From contig JAHQWJ010000120.1 in the NCBI GenBank assembly GCA_029856125.1, positions 64,001 through 128,000 on the forward strand: a stretch of DNA of 64,000 bases, read 5' to 3'. Source of the stretch: Promethearchaeia archaeon. Lineage in GTDB: Archaea > Asgardarchaeota > Lokiarchaeia > Sigyniarchaeales > SOKP01. Positions 1 to 10,317 of this stretch are shown piece by piece. Position 1 is the stretch's first letter. Each line of letters begins with the position of its first letter. Position numbers and translations under genes: made by a program. Under the pieces are notes generated by a model. It worked only from the letters and a program-made list of their open reading frames with translations. It made no database searches and was not told the origin of the DNA.

Positions 1-237
1 AATGGCCAAGCAAGGATAGAAGCAGAAAATTTAGCACGGGAAATTGCTGCCTTTCCTCAGAATTGCATGAGAAATGACCGTCTTTCAGTTTATAGTCAAA
101 TGGGGCTAAGTATTGATAACGCGATGATAAAAGAATTTGAACTCGGTTTAAAAACGCTTGAAAGCGGAGAATATTTGGAGGGAAGCAAAACATTTATGGA
201 AGGGAAAGGGAAGCACGGTAATTTTAATAATACATGA
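1..237 (+). CDS. Enoyl-CoA hydratase/isomerase family protein, C-terminal part (5' truncated by window)
   Basis: Manual translation of frame 1: NGQARIEAENLAREIAAFPQNCMRNDRLSVYSQMG...FMEGKGKHGNFNNT*, a typical crotonase-family C-terminus. Not in the ORF track. Confidence 0.8.
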   Translation, partial: NGQARIEAENLAREIAAFPQNCMRNDRLSVYSQMGLSIDNAMIKEFELGLKTLESGEYLEGSKTFMEGKGKHGNFNNT

Positions 238-267
238 ACATAATTTTATACTTAAAAAGGAGATATT

Positions 268-687
268 ATGATTTTATTTGAAGAATTTAGAGTAAACACA
301 CATGAAAGAGAAGTATTACTTGAAATTACAAATGAAATTACACAAATTGTAAAAAATTCGAATATCAACAAAGGCACCTGTAGCGTATTCGTGCCTCACA
401 CTACTGCGGGAATAACTATAAACGAAAACGCAGATCGATCCGTAATGAAAGATGTTGCGAATTATCTAAATAAGTTAATTCCTAAAGGTGGAGGGTTAGG
501 GTACTCTTTTAAGCACGGTGAAGGGAATTCTGATGCTCATATTAAATGTTCGTTAACGGGAAATTCTATAGATGTATTAATTCACGATGGGAAATTAATG
601 CTGGGAACTTGGCAGGGAATCATGTTTGCAGAGTATGATGGTCCAAAAAATAGAAAAGTGTTTGTCCAAATTACGGGAGAATTTTGA
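268..687 (+). CDS. yjbQ: YjbQ/UPF0047 family protein (secondary thiamine-phosphate synthase-like)
   Basis: HTTAGITINE, H-x-EGNSDAHIK and LGTWQGI..E.DG motifs; AGGAG SD upstream. Confidence 0.9.
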   Translation: MILFEEFRVNTHEREVLLEITNEITQIVKNSNINKGTCSVFVPHTTAGITINENADRSVMKDVANYLNKLIPKGGGLGYSFKHGEGNSDAHIKCSLTGNSIDVLIHDGKLMLGTWQGIMFAEYDGPKNRKVFVQITGEF

Positions 688-691
688 ATTA

Positions 692-1864
692 TTAGTATTT
701 CTTATCTACTAAAAATTTAGTTACAATAAGAGATATAATCATCAAACCAAAAACAACATAAAAGGGAAACAATATTTCTATTTCACCTAAAGGGCTCATG
801 ATCATTGGAGCAATTGCGCTACAGAAAAGCCCGATCGCATTATTGAATCCGATCCCCGAACCCTTTAACTTAGGTTGAATATCTTCAATTACTTCTAATA
901 ATAGAGTAATGCCAGCGGGATCAAACAACGCTATGCCTATTGCCAAAAATGAAACAACAATAAAAAATACGGGTAGGTTCATAGCAAAATCTCCAAAAAA
1001 GAAAGAAATTCCGAACACCATAACAATTATTTGTCCTACCATCATCAATTTTCGAGGACCATATCGATTTAATAACTTGCTGGCTATAAAAATAAAAACA
1101 ACATAAATAGCCATAACAACCAGCATTAAATAACTTGAAGTGAATTCGTCCAATCCAAAACCTTTTACGTTGTCTTGTAAAACCCATATCAAATAAGCAG
1201 TAATAAAGCCAAATAAAAACCACCTCATACTATTTAATATTAGCGTAAAGATATATTGACGCTCTTTTAGGAGAATTTTTATATTTGCTATGTTGAATTC
1301 CATATTTTTATCTTGATTCTCACTCTTCTCTGTTTTATTATCGTCTTTCAGAACGAAAAAAATAAACACTATACTAAAGATTATTAAGAATCCTGATATA
1401 AGGAAAATGCTCCTAAACTCAAAGAAACTCGCAACAAAACCCCCTATTATGAATCCAAGAAAGAATCCCACATTCATGTATAATGAATAATAACCCATTC
1501 CCTTACCATGTTGATCCTTTTTGTAGATATCGCCAATAATTGCTTGTAAAATTGAAGTATAAGCCCCTGCTCCTTGGATTGCTCTGTAGATGGTCAATTG
1601 GATTACATCCTGAGCTGTAAAACATAAAAATGTTCCTATTAGATATATAAACATTCCGAATAGGACTACTTTTCGCCGTCCTATTTTATCTGACACTGCT
1701 GCATAAGGAAATTGTAAAATACTTTGAGTCACGGAAAAAATGCCGACTATTATTCCATAAGAAGTTAGAGAACCGCCAAGACTCCCAACAAATGAAGGCA
1801 AACCAATTTGGACAATGCTCAATCCCATACTTCTGAACGCTGTTGACATTAGAACTACGATCAA
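692..1864 (-). CDS. MFS transporter
   Basis: About 12 TM segments, motif A SDKIGRR, RAIQGAG. True start may be ATT at 1906 (see findings). Confidence 0.9.
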   Translation of the reverse strand: MIVVLMSTAFRSMGLSIVQIGLPSFVGSLGGSLTSYGIIVGIFSVTQSILQFPYAAVSDKIGRRKVVLFGMFIYLIGTFLCFTAQDVIQLTIYRAIQGAGAYTSILQAIIGDIYKKDQHGKGMGYYSLYMNVGFFLGFIIGGFVASFFEFRSIFLISGFLIIFSIVFIFFVLKDDNKTEKSENQDKNMEFNIANIKILLKERQYIFTLILNSMRWFLFGFITAYLIWVLQDNVKGFGLDEFTSSYLMLVVMAIYVVFIFIASKLLNRYGPRKLMMVGQIIVMVFGISFFFGDFAMNLPVFFIVVSFLAIGIALFDPAGITLLLEVIEDIQPKLKGSGIGFNNAIGLFCSAIAPMIMSPLGEIEILFPFYVVFGLMIISLIVTKFLVDKKY

Positions 1865-2039
1865 TAAAATTCTTGTATGTTTACCAAATCCTTCGCCTAA
1901 AGAAATTTTAAGTCTCCTCTCGTATTATCGCAATTTAGTAATGAAATTCTGTAACCAATATAAATTTATTTTTCCTAACGTTTTGGAGTATGAACATCAC
2001 GTTCAATTAAAAAATTAAAATAAGTAAGGGATATTTTTC

Positions 2040-3113
2040 ATGAAAATCGGAATGAATTCTTTAGCAAATTTAGCTCAAATAAGAAAGGATGTAAAAAGGA
2101 AACGAGTTTCAAGTTATGATAAAACTGGGGCTAATATGGATAATGTTCTATTAAATCCTAATGAAACCTATCAAATCTGCGACATAACGGGGGCTGGTAT
2201 TATCAAGCATATTTGGATGACCATTGCTTCTTCTGACCCTAACTATTTACGTAAGTTGGTTCTGAGGATGTGGTGGGATAACGAGAGCGAACCTTCTGTT
2301 GAGGTCCCGATAGGAGATTTTTTTGGAGTTGGTCATGGTAAGACGGTAAATTTTTGGAGTCTTCCTTTCTCTAACGGTCCAGAGGATGGTAAGGGCTTTA
2401 ATTGTTTTTTTCCAATGCCTTTTTCCTCTCGAGCAAAGATCGAAGTAGAAAACCAATCAGATCTTACTGCCGTTATATATTTTTATATAGATTACGAAGA
2501 ATATAGCACTATATCAAGCGATCTCGGGAGATTTCATGCTTTCTGGAATCGGCAAAACCCATGTGATGGAAAACCCTACGGGACGGGAAAAAAAGTAGAG
2601 CGTTTTATTACCAAAAATCCTACACACAAGGGTGATTACTTAATTCTTGACGCAGAAGGAGAAGGACACTTTGTTGGATGCCATTTAAATATTCACAATC
2701 TAATGACCCCAGAAAATACGACAAAGAACGATCATTGGTGGCCTGGAGAAGGTGACGATTATATTACTATTGATGACGGAGAAACAATATTATATGGAAC
2801 TGGAACAGAAGATTATTTCTGTGGCGCTTGGTGCCCTTCCCAATTCTATTGTTCCCCATATTTTGGAGTAACGATGCCTGGTGGAGGTAAATGGAGTGGT
2901 AAGATATCTTATTATCGATATCACATTGAAGATCCAATATATTTCCATAAAAATATAAACATGAAAATAGAACACGGCCATGCAAACCAACGATCCGACG
3001 ATTTTTCCTCAACCGCATATTGGTATCAAGCAGAACCGCATAAGAAGCAAGAATTTCTTCCAATGGAAGAACGGTTACCACGAGAAGAACCTAAAGAAAT
3101 TGGGAAATTTTAA
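2040..3113 (+). CDS. DUF2961 / glycoside hydrolase family 172 protein
   Basis: SSYD, GAGIIKHIWMT, PSVEVPIGDFF, WPGEGD, GTGTEDYF, YRYHIEDPI, STAYWYQ motifs. Confidence 0.88.
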   Translation: MKIGMNSLANLAQIRKDVKRKRVSSYDKTGANMDNVLLNPNETYQICDITGAGIIKHIWMTIASSDPNYLRKLVLRMWWDNESEPSVEVPIGDFFGVGHGKTVNFWSLPFSNGPEDGKGFNCFFPMPFSSRAKIEVENQSDLTAVIYFYIDYEEYSTISSDLGRFHAFWNRQNPCDGKPYGTGKKVERFITKNPTHKGDYLILDAEGEGHFVGCHLNIHNLMTPENTTKNDHWWPGEGDDYITIDDGETILYGTGTEDYFCGAWCPSQFYCSPYFGVTMPGGGKWSGKISYYRYHIEDPIYFHKNINMKIEHGHANQRSDDFSSTAYWYQAEPHKKQEFLPMEERLPREEPKEIGKF

Positions 3114-3183
3114 TTATAGCTATTTGTCTGCATTTTTCGAGGAATATGCTAAGACTTAATACTGCTATTTTTTTTTTAAACAT

Positions 3184-4101
3184 ATGAGATTTGGTTATTG
3201 TGTAAGAAATCCTTCAAATCGTACTTACAATGAAATTAGAGATTTAACAGTAAAAATCGAAGAGTTAGGCTTTGAATCTGTCCATATTACTGATCATTTA
3301 CTAGGTTTTGATGTCACTCAAGAAAAAAAAGAAACCTTTTTAGAGGCTACTACACTTTTAGCTGCTCTAGCAATAGAAACAGACAAAATAAAGTTAGGCC
3401 ATATTGTTTTGTGCAACTCTTTTCGTAATCCAACTCTTTTGGCCAAAATAATATTAACATTGGATCATATTTCTAATGGCCGTATTCTAATGTGGTTAGG
3501 AGCAGGTTGGTATAAAGAAGAATATGATGCATATGGTTACCCTTTTCCATCCCCGAAAAGAAGAGTTGATGAGCTAGAGGAATCACTGACTATCTATAAG
3601 AAGATATTTACTGAAGATGTGTCTAATTTTGAAGGAAAATTCTGGAAACTTGTGAACCATAGGAGTTTTCCTAAATCTATTCAGAAACCTTACCCGCAGA
3701 TTGTTATAGGAACAAACGGAAAGAGGATGATCGATATTGCTTGTAGAGACGCAGACGGAATAAACCTACCTTACCTCGATAGTCAAAACCAAAAATTATT
3801 GGAAGAAAGTCTTTCAATAATTAATGAAAAATTAAAGAAATACGACCGTAATTCTTCGGAATTTGAAATCTCCCTATTCACTAATGTAACAATAGTAGAC
3901 AGTCAAGAAAGGCTTGAACAGGTTAGAAAAGAAAGGAGAATCTTAAAATCCAATTTGAAATACCTATTCATGGGTACCTATGAAGAAATTAAAAATAAAA
4001 TAAAGGAATTTGAAAATCTAGGCATTGCTAAAATGATTGTTGTAGTAGATAGTCCTGATATTGAGGATCTTCTTGATTTTTTTAAGAAAAAAATAATGTG
4101 A
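3184..4101 (+). CDS. LLM-class (luciferase-like, probably F420-dependent) oxidoreductase
   Basis: GFESVHITDH, RNP.LLAK...TLDHIS.GR...LGAGW...EY..YG motifs. Confidence 0.88.
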   Translation: MRFGYCVRNPSNRTYNEIRDLTVKIEELGFESVHITDHLLGFDVTQEKKETFLEATTLLAALAIETDKIKLGHIVLCNSFRNPTLLAKIILTLDHISNGRILMWLGAGWYKEEYDAYGYPFPSPKRRVDELEESLTIYKKIFTEDVSNFEGKFWKLVNHRSFPKSIQKPYPQIVIGTNGKRMIDIACRDADGINLPYLDSQNQKLLEESLSIINEKLKKYDRNSSEFEISLFTNVTIVDSQERLEQVRKERRILKSNLKYLFMGTYEEIKNKIKEFENLGIAKMIVVVDSPDIEDLLDFFKKKIM

Positions 4102-4142
4102 GTTTAAATATTGTTGTAATGAAACAAATTAAAGAATAAAAT

Positions 4143-5585
4143 TTAAATATTCCTTTCTCGTTTCCAATCAGCGTTATCGCTCGTCCTCAGGTACCACCTA
4201 AGCAATTGCTCTTTGAGATATGATTTTACTTTATCGTAAGCATAAATATCTATAAGATTGTTCGCTTCGTTAGGATCGTACATAAGATCATATAACTCTT
4301 CTTTACCTTGATCACGAATAATGAGTTTCCATAATTTAGTTCTTATCATAGCAGAACGTGCAACAGTAGAGCGATCTTCTTTAGGTATATTCGTTTTATC
4401 GTAGTAAATTCCGATTCCTGGTAGTTCTGGACTTGTAATAACGGGTTCAAAACATTGCGGTTCGCGAGGATTATATCCTCCTTCTGCAAAGACTGCATTC
4501 CTAACTTTCGTTAAATGACCTTGGAGAAGTGGAATTAAATTTTTACCAAAATGAGTGTATTGAGTGTTAATTTGAGCGATGTGCATTATAGTTGGAAAAA
4601 TATCAATAGTCTGGACGAGTTGGTCATAAATCACGTTTTTTCGTTCAATGCCGGGAATTTTTAGAATTAAGGGGATGTTAATTAAACAATCTTGAAATGC
4701 GGTCGGCCATTTCTCTGTTAAACCATAATCTCCAAGAAAATCTCCATGGTCTGCAAAAAAGGCTATTGCACTATTATCATAAGCTCCAATTTCTTTTAAT
4801 TTGTTTATTACCAAACCAAATTGGTAGTCTATGCGAGAAACCATTCCGTAATAAGTAGCAATAATTTCCTTAAAGTCTTCTTTTGTGAAGTTTTTTAAAC
4901 CGTATCTTTTTTGTAGTAATCGCATAAATTCTGGTTTGTCCTCTAATTTTGGGGGTATTGGAGCGGGAACATTTTCTCGATCGTACATAGAAAAAAAAGG
5001 TTCCTCTACTGTGTAAGGGGGATGAGGGAAGTTCATTGCTATAAATAAGCAAAAAGGTTTTACAGGATTTGAATTTAAATAGTTAATCGCTTCTTGGGTG
5101 ATATAATAATCAAAGTCTTTTGATTCTTCTTCCGTTCTTTCTCCAAAATAGAACGATTTTCTCATTGAATGATCTAGTGGGTAAGGATTCGTCTTAATCT
5201 TTCTAGTTTTGATTCTAAATCTTTTCGATATGCTATCTTTGATTGCGCCTTTTCTAAAAAGATCGTTCCTTCCAATCCATATGACTTCGTAGCCTTTTTC
5301 CTTAAGAAACTTAAAAAGATTTTCTTCATGGGGTTGTAGCAATTGGTAAAGACTTCTATGATTGTTGGAATGAACATATTGTCCCGTAAATGTACAACAT
5401 CTCGAAGGCCCACATACAGGGTTTACGGTGAAGCAGTTCGTAAAAGCAACACCGTCTTGTGCAAATTGGTCAATATTTGGTGTTTTTATTATAGAATTTC
5501 TCTTACCTTCGAGAGAGATGCAGTCTCCTCTTAGCTCATCAGCCACAAAAAATATGATATTTGGAAGAGATTTCTCGTGTTCCAT
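4143..5585 (-). CDS. Sulfatase-like hydrolase
   Basis: PNIIFFVADELR, formylglycine motif CGPSR, PHPP, ADHG, ELYDL..DP.E..N. Confidence 0.92.
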   Translation of the reverse strand: MEHEKSLPNIIFFVADELRGDCISLEGKRNSIIKTPNIDQFAQDGVAFTNCFTVNPVCGPSRCCTFTGQYVHSNNHRSLYQLLQPHEENLFKFLKEKGYEVIWIGRNDLFRKGAIKDSISKRFRIKTRKIKTNPYPLDHSMRKSFYFGERTEEESKDFDYYITQEAINYLNSNPVKPFCLFIAMNFPHPPYTVEEPFFSMYDRENVPAPIPPKLEDKPEFMRLLQKRYGLKNFTKEDFKEIIATYYGMVSRIDYQFGLVINKLKEIGAYDNSAIAFFADHGDFLGDYGLTEKWPTAFQDCLINIPLILKIPGIERKNVIYDQLVQTIDIFPTIMHIAQINTQYTHFGKNLIPLLQGHLTKVRNAVFAEGGYNPREPQCFEPVITSPELPGIGIYYDKTNIPKEDRSTVARSAMIRTKLWKLIIRDQGKEELYDLMYDPNEANNLIDIYAYDKVKSYLKEQLLRWYLRTSDNADWKRERNI

Positions 5586-5716
5586 AATTAACTCATTATC
5601 ATTTAGAGTTTAAAAATTTAATAACTAAGAAATGAATAACTATAGTAAAAGCAGTACTTTTACAAAATCATAGTGGATAAAAATCAAATAGGTAACTAGT
5701 AAATGGTGTTGAGATC

Positions 5717-6877
5717 ATGAATTCGAGAGAGAGAGTAAATATAACATTAAACCATAAAGAACCGGACAAAGTCCCGATTGATTTAGGTGGCAATCAATCA
5801 AGTATCCATGTCATAGCTTACAAAAAATTGCTTGAATACCTTGAAATTGAAGACGAAAACATACAATACGCAGATTTCGTTCAACAGATTGTGGCACCTT
5901 GCGAAAAAATTTTAGAAAGATTCCAAATTGATGTAAGGTACATCCAGCCTTTAGGGGGGATGATTAGGGTTCAAGACATGAAACCAGAAGTTGAACAAAA
6001 ATATATAGGCCAATACGACCAATTTGGTGTGTTTTGGGGAAATGATGCTAAAAAGAATATAGCTGACATTTTATACTACGATCCTGTTATTCATCCCTTT
6101 GCAGATTTTAAATCGGTAAGTGAAGTGAAGAATTACGATTGGCCAGATGGGCTGGAAAAGACTCCTTTCGTTGGTTTGAAAGATTACGCAAGCAAATTGC
6201 ACGCAAAAACAGATTTTGCCTTATCAACACCTCCAGTGGGTTGCGTTTACGAATATTGCACCTTCTTATTCGGATTCACCAAAACGCTAAGATATTTGAG
6301 AACTAAGCCAGAAATCATAGTTTCAGCTATGGAAGAGCTTTTAAGGTATTGGACTAATTACGTTTCAACATTTCTAGACGAAGTAGGTGGCTATTTAGAT
6401 GTGGTATGTATTAATGGTGACCTCGCAGAGCAAGCAGGACCTATTATGAGCATTAAACTTTACGAAAAAATGATTAAACCATTAGAACGAAAACTATCAG
6501 AAAAGATACATGAATTAGTAGATGCTAAAATAAATTATCATTCTTGTGGCTCAATAGCTCAATTTATTCCTCACTTCGCTGAAATTGGATATGATATCGT
6601 TAATCCAGTTCAAATAAGCGCTTACGATATGGAACCCTGTTCTCTGAAAAAACGATTTGGGAGTTTTATGTCGTTCTGGGGAGGCTTATGCAACTCACAA
6701 AAAACTTTACCCTTTGGAACTCCTGAACAGGTTAGAGAAGAAGTAAGAAGAAACTTCGAATGCTTGAAGCCAGGAGGAGGTTTTATAGCGTCAAGCATTC
6801 ATAACATCACAGCTGAAGTCCCTCCTCAAAATATAGTAGCAATGTTTGATGCAGCTAATGAGTTCGGAAATTATTAA
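5717..6877 (+). CDS. Uroporphyrinogen decarboxylase / MtaA-CmuA family protein
   Basis: RERV...LNH.EPD.VP, YHSCG, NPVQ, L.FGTPEQVREEV, HNI..EVPPQNI. Confidence 0.85.
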   Translation: MNSRERVNITLNHKEPDKVPIDLGGNQSSIHVIAYKKLLEYLEIEDENIQYADFVQQIVAPCEKILERFQIDVRYIQPLGGMIRVQDMKPEVEQKYIGQYDQFGVFWGNDAKKNIADILYYDPVIHPFADFKSVSEVKNYDWPDGLEKTPFVGLKDYASKLHAKTDFALSTPPVGCVYEYCTFLFGFTKTLRYLRTKPEIIVSAMEELLRYWTNYVSTFLDEVGGYLDVVCINGDLAEQAGPIMSIKLYEKMIKPLERKLSEKIHELVDAKINYHSCGSIAQFIPHFAEIGYDIVNPVQISAYDMEPCSLKKRFGSFMSFWGGLCNSQKTLPFGTPEQVREEVRRNFECLKPGGGFIASSIHNITAEVPPQNIVAMFDAANEFGNY

Positions 6878-6921
6878 TAGAAGATTTTTAAGCTAATAAT
6901 TAATTTCAATGCAATAGAGTT

Positions 6922-7779
6922 ATGCAGTATAAAATTTTTGATGCACACTTGCATACATATGGCACTTTTCTCGCAAAGGATGAGGATCTCCTCTCATATT
7001 TGGATAGACATAATGTCGAAAAGGCAATAATAACTACTGTCAATAGAGCAGCGAGTTCTAAAATTTACACTAATGACGATAATGGAAACGGAGAAGGTGT
7101 ATCTAATGAAAATCGCGTTAAAAAAGCTTTTGAAAATTTGAGAAAAATGATGCCTAAGGATCAATTAGATCATCAGGATGTCATAAATATTTCAAATTTA
7201 GATCCTGAAAGATTTTTCAAATTCTTTTGGTTCAATCCTAAAATTGATCGAGATGAGGAAGAAAAAAACTATAAGATATTAGAAAACCATTTTAAGCGGG
7301 GATTTTGTGGAGTAAAAATCCATTCAGGAATTCATCTAATAAAAGTTCCGAGAGATATAATGAAACTGGCTTCTTTTATGCAAGAATATAACAAGAATTT
7401 TCCCTTATACATTCACTTTACACCGAAATTTTCAGCTTTTGGAGGGATTTCCTCGAAAGATCTTGCTAAATTAGCGCAAAGTTTTCCAGACTTAAAAATT
7501 ATTTTGGGGCATGCAGGACTAGCCATGGAGTTTGCGATAGACTTTGGATTGAGTTTAAAACAATACAAAAACATCTACTTTGAAACTTCATGTTCAATAC
7601 CATACGCAATATTAAGTTTAGTTAAGATGATTGGTCATAAAAGAATTTTATTTGGATCAGATGCGCCCGTCACTAATCCTATTCAACTTGAAATAGATAA
7701 AATAATTTGTTTACCAATATCAAATAATATCAAACAAGATATTTTCTATAACAATACTAACAATTTAATTTTAAATTAA
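6922..7779 (+). CDS. Amidohydrolase family (TIM-barrel) protein
   Basis: DAHLH, GVKIH, ILGHAG, LFGSDAP metal-binding motifs. Confidence 0.85.
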   Translation: MQYKIFDAHLHTYGTFLAKDEDLLSYLDRHNVEKAIITTVNRAASSKIYTNDDNGNGEGVSNENRVKKAFENLRKMMPKDQLDHQDVINISNLDPERFFKFFWFNPKIDRDEEEKNYKILENHFKRGFCGVKIHSGIHLIKVPRDIMKLASFMQEYNKNFPLYIHFTPKFSAFGGISSKDLAKLAQSFPDLKIILGHAGLAMEFAIDFGLSLKQYKNIYFETSCSIPYAILSLVKMIGHKRILFGSDAPVTNPIQLEIDKIICLPISNNIKQDIFYNNTNNLILN

Positions 7780-7991
7780 TGATACGACTATCGATAAATT
7801 TTATTTTTGTTAGGTAATCTTTCAGAAAATCATCGGGTATTCCACGTATATTAATCAATTAATTAGTACTTACTTGAATATAATTGTCAAAAAAATACGT
7901 ATGGATTTAGTTAATTATTCTTGTTTTAATAATACACTATTTAAGGGTAATTGTGTAATTTAAAATTATACTTAAGAATAAATTATATCGA

Positions 7992-8546
7992 GTGTATACT
8001 GTGAAAAATTTAGGGGATGATATCAACAACACAGATAATCCTAATTGGGATGTCATTGAAGTTTCAAAAGTTAACGACAAAATAATTATGAAGCTTTTAA
8101 GTTATCTGAAATATGATGTATCGGAAAAATTCTTTATTTCTTTTGAAAGTCTTTTGAAGTTGGGGAATAGAGTCCCAGAAGCAACGATCAGAAATATTGT
8201 TGAAGAATTGGACCAATCTCACGATTTCAAAAAAGAATTGTTTCAGTTTATTCTCAATTTTATAAACAATGAAGCTGTAGAATACCATTTACTACCACAA
8301 ATATATAGCCCCGATTTTATTGTTAGGGCTCGAGCTATAATGAAAATTAAAGAGAACGACGATGTAAGATATATTAAATTCTTGCTTCCTTTATTAGACG
8401 ACCCAGATGATTCGGTAAGGTGGAGTGTCATTAAATTTTTATCAAAGCACAACAAAAATCCTATAATTTATTCTGAATTGAAGAATCATTTAAGTAAAGA
8501 ATTAAACCCAATTATATACGATAATCTAAAAGAAATTTTTGAATAG
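7992..8546 (+). CDS. HEAT-repeat protein
   Basis: SPDFIVRARAI and LLDDPDDSVRWSVIKFL HEAT-like units; start (GTG) uncertain. Confidence 0.7.
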   Translation: MYTVKNLGDDINNTDNPNWDVIEVSKVNDKIIMKLLSYLKYDVSEKFFISFESLLKLGNRVPEATIRNIVEELDQSHDFKKELFQFILNFINNEAVEYHLLPQIYSPDFIVRARAIMKIKENDDVRYIKFLLPLLDDPDDSVRWSVIKFLSKHNKNPIIYSELKNHLSKELNPIIYDNLKEIFE

Positions 8547-8765
8547 GAATAAAGCTCTTATTTTTTAATTCTTATCTCTCCTCTTTAATTTGTTCTTTGA
8601 TATCTCATTTTACACAAAAAGTAAAGAATTAAAAACACCATTTTTAATTATATATATAAAATGGTTTTAAGACCCAAAATATGAAATTTTTATTAAAATC
8701 TAGCCTTTACTTAATTTTATGTAATCCGGTTGAAGGTATAAAAAAAATTTACAAAGGTGTTAAAG

Positions 8766-9296
8766 ATGTCGTCGTATGACTATACATTTAAAATATTACT
8801 GCTTGGTGACGCATCGGTTGGTAAAACTTCTTTCACTAAACGATATTGTTATAATGTTTTTAATCCTAGCGAGCGATTAACTATAGGAGTTGATTTTCAT
8901 GTCAAAACTATTGAGTTACAGGAAAAAAAAATAAAACTCCAAATCTGGGACGTTGGAGGTGAGGAAAGATTTAGATTCTTACTTCCTACATATTGTTTGG
9001 GTGCAAATGCTGCATTTTTACTTTACGATGTCACAAGAACTCAAACTCTTGACAATATCAGTGAATGGACTAATATTGTTCACCAGAAAGGAGGCCTTAT
9101 ACCAATTATGCTTGTTGGGTCCAAAATCGATCTTATCGATACTCCACGCGAAGTCTCTCGAGAATACGGGATACAAATTGCTGAAAAGAATAATATGGCC
9201 TCATTTGGTGAAATATCCAGCAAAACAGGCCAAAATGTAAATAAAACATTTGAGGTTCTAACGGAGCTTACGTTAGAAAAAATTGAAAATAGGTGA
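8766..9296 (+). CDS. Rab-like small GTPase (Ras superfamily; eukaryotic signature protein)
   Basis: FKILLLGDASVGKTS, TIGVDF, KLQIWDVGGEERF, LLYDVT, VGSKID, ISSK. ATG at 8766 follows AGGTGT (ORF track starts at GTG 8757). Confidence 0.93.
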   Translation: MSSYDYTFKILLLGDASVGKTSFTKRYCYNVFNPSERLTIGVDFHVKTIELQEKKIKLQIWDVGGEERFRFLLPTYCLGANAAFLLYDVTRTQTLDNISEWTNIVHQKGGLIPIMLVGSKIDLIDTPREVSREYGIQIAEKNNMASFGEISSKTGQNVNKTFEVLTELTLEKIENR

Positions 9297-9300
9297 TTTG

Positions 9301-10263
9301 ATGTCTGACCGTGAATTTTTAGCTCTCAGTTCTCTATTCGATGCTATAGGAATAATAGAAAAAGGTATCGAGAAAATATATCACTATTTACTTGAACATA
9401 AGAGAATTGACAACTTAAATGAGGTCAGCACACAATTTAATTTGACCCTAAAAAGAGGATACAAAATTTGTGCGGTTCTGAGCGATTTAGGATTAGTCCA
9501 AATTTACGATCGCCCAATGAAAATTCACTTAGCAACTCCACCTATCTCCATATGGCAAACTATTATTAACGAAAGAATTGAGGAATTGTCTCAACTGTTC
9601 CAAGAGAAAAAAGAGAACGCAGAGAATTCGTTATCCAATTTTATTAAAAATTATAATTTGAGTGAGCAAATAACTCAAGAGTTCGTAGAGTTCGTAAATT
9701 ACAACCTTAAAAATATTGGAGAGACCTATCACTCGTTTTTAGCTGAAGAAGAATGCAAAATCGCCTTAGGTATCCGATATGAAAATGAATTTAGTTCAGT
9801 AATTAAAAAATACGGGATTTCTAGTATCCCTGAAGATTTAAGTGAATCTATGCGATCAGGCATAACAAAAATTAAAGAAAACTTAATCAATATTGATATC
9901 CAGGTAATTTTTAGTACTGAAGTAATTAAAGAATTATTGCTGAGTGAAGAATTTCAACTGGTTTCCAATTATCTCAAATCTTACGATTTACTTTTTAAAA
10001 ATATCTCTGTTCGTGTTACGGATGATGATTTCAGTAATTTTAATTTAACTAATAGTGAATTGGTTCAACCAAGTTTTGATCCTACAAACAAGTTGATAGG
10101 AGCTTACATATCGCGAAATACAAATATTTATCAAATTTTCTACGAGAAATTTAACGAACTGTACGAAAAAGGTATTCCATTAACACAATTTCTAAAAGAA
10201 CAGAGCGATATTAAAGAAGAAACTTATTCTAAAACACAATTATTTGGTTTGTGCTTGTTATAA
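9301..10263 (+). CDS. TrmB-like winged-helix transcriptional regulator
   Basis: N-terminal KIYHYLL...EVS......GY.....L...GLV....RP wHTH, then a coiled segment and a TrmB-like C-terminal domain. ATG 9301 follows an AGGTGA that contains the GTPase stop. Confidence 0.65.
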   Translation: MSDREFLALSSLFDAIGIIEKGIEKIYHYLLEHKRIDNLNEVSTQFNLTLKRGYKICAVLSDLGLVQIYDRPMKIHLATPPISIWQTIINERIEELSQLFQEKKENAENSLSNFIKNYNLSEQITQEFVEFVNYNLKNIGETYHSFLAEEECKIALGIRYENEFSSVIKKYGISSIPEDLSESMRSGITKIKENLINIDIQVIFSTEVIKELLLSEEFQLVSNYLKSYDLLFKNISVRVTDDDFSNFNLTNSELVQPSFDPTNKLIGAYISRNTNIYQIFYEKFNELYEKGIPLTQFLKEQSDIKEETYSKTQLFGLCLL

Positions 10264-10287
10264 AAATGCATTTTTAAAGTTCCTATA

Positions 10288-10300
10288 TAAAAAAAAAAAA
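10288..10300 (-). terminator. Putative oligo-T terminator
   Basis: A13 run on + strand (T13 on -) just downstream of the stop at 10318. Confidence 0.45.
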
Positions 10301-10317
10301 GATGAATAATTTCGAAT

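Noticed and set aside
1815-2018. 67-aa ORF upstream of GH172
   Set aside because: Overlaps the MFS 5' end and divergent promoter; no protein-like features
7841-7904. Imperfect inverted repeat (TCCACGTAT...ATACGTATGGA)
   Set aside because: Short, gapped and single-copy in AT-rich DNA; consistent with chance
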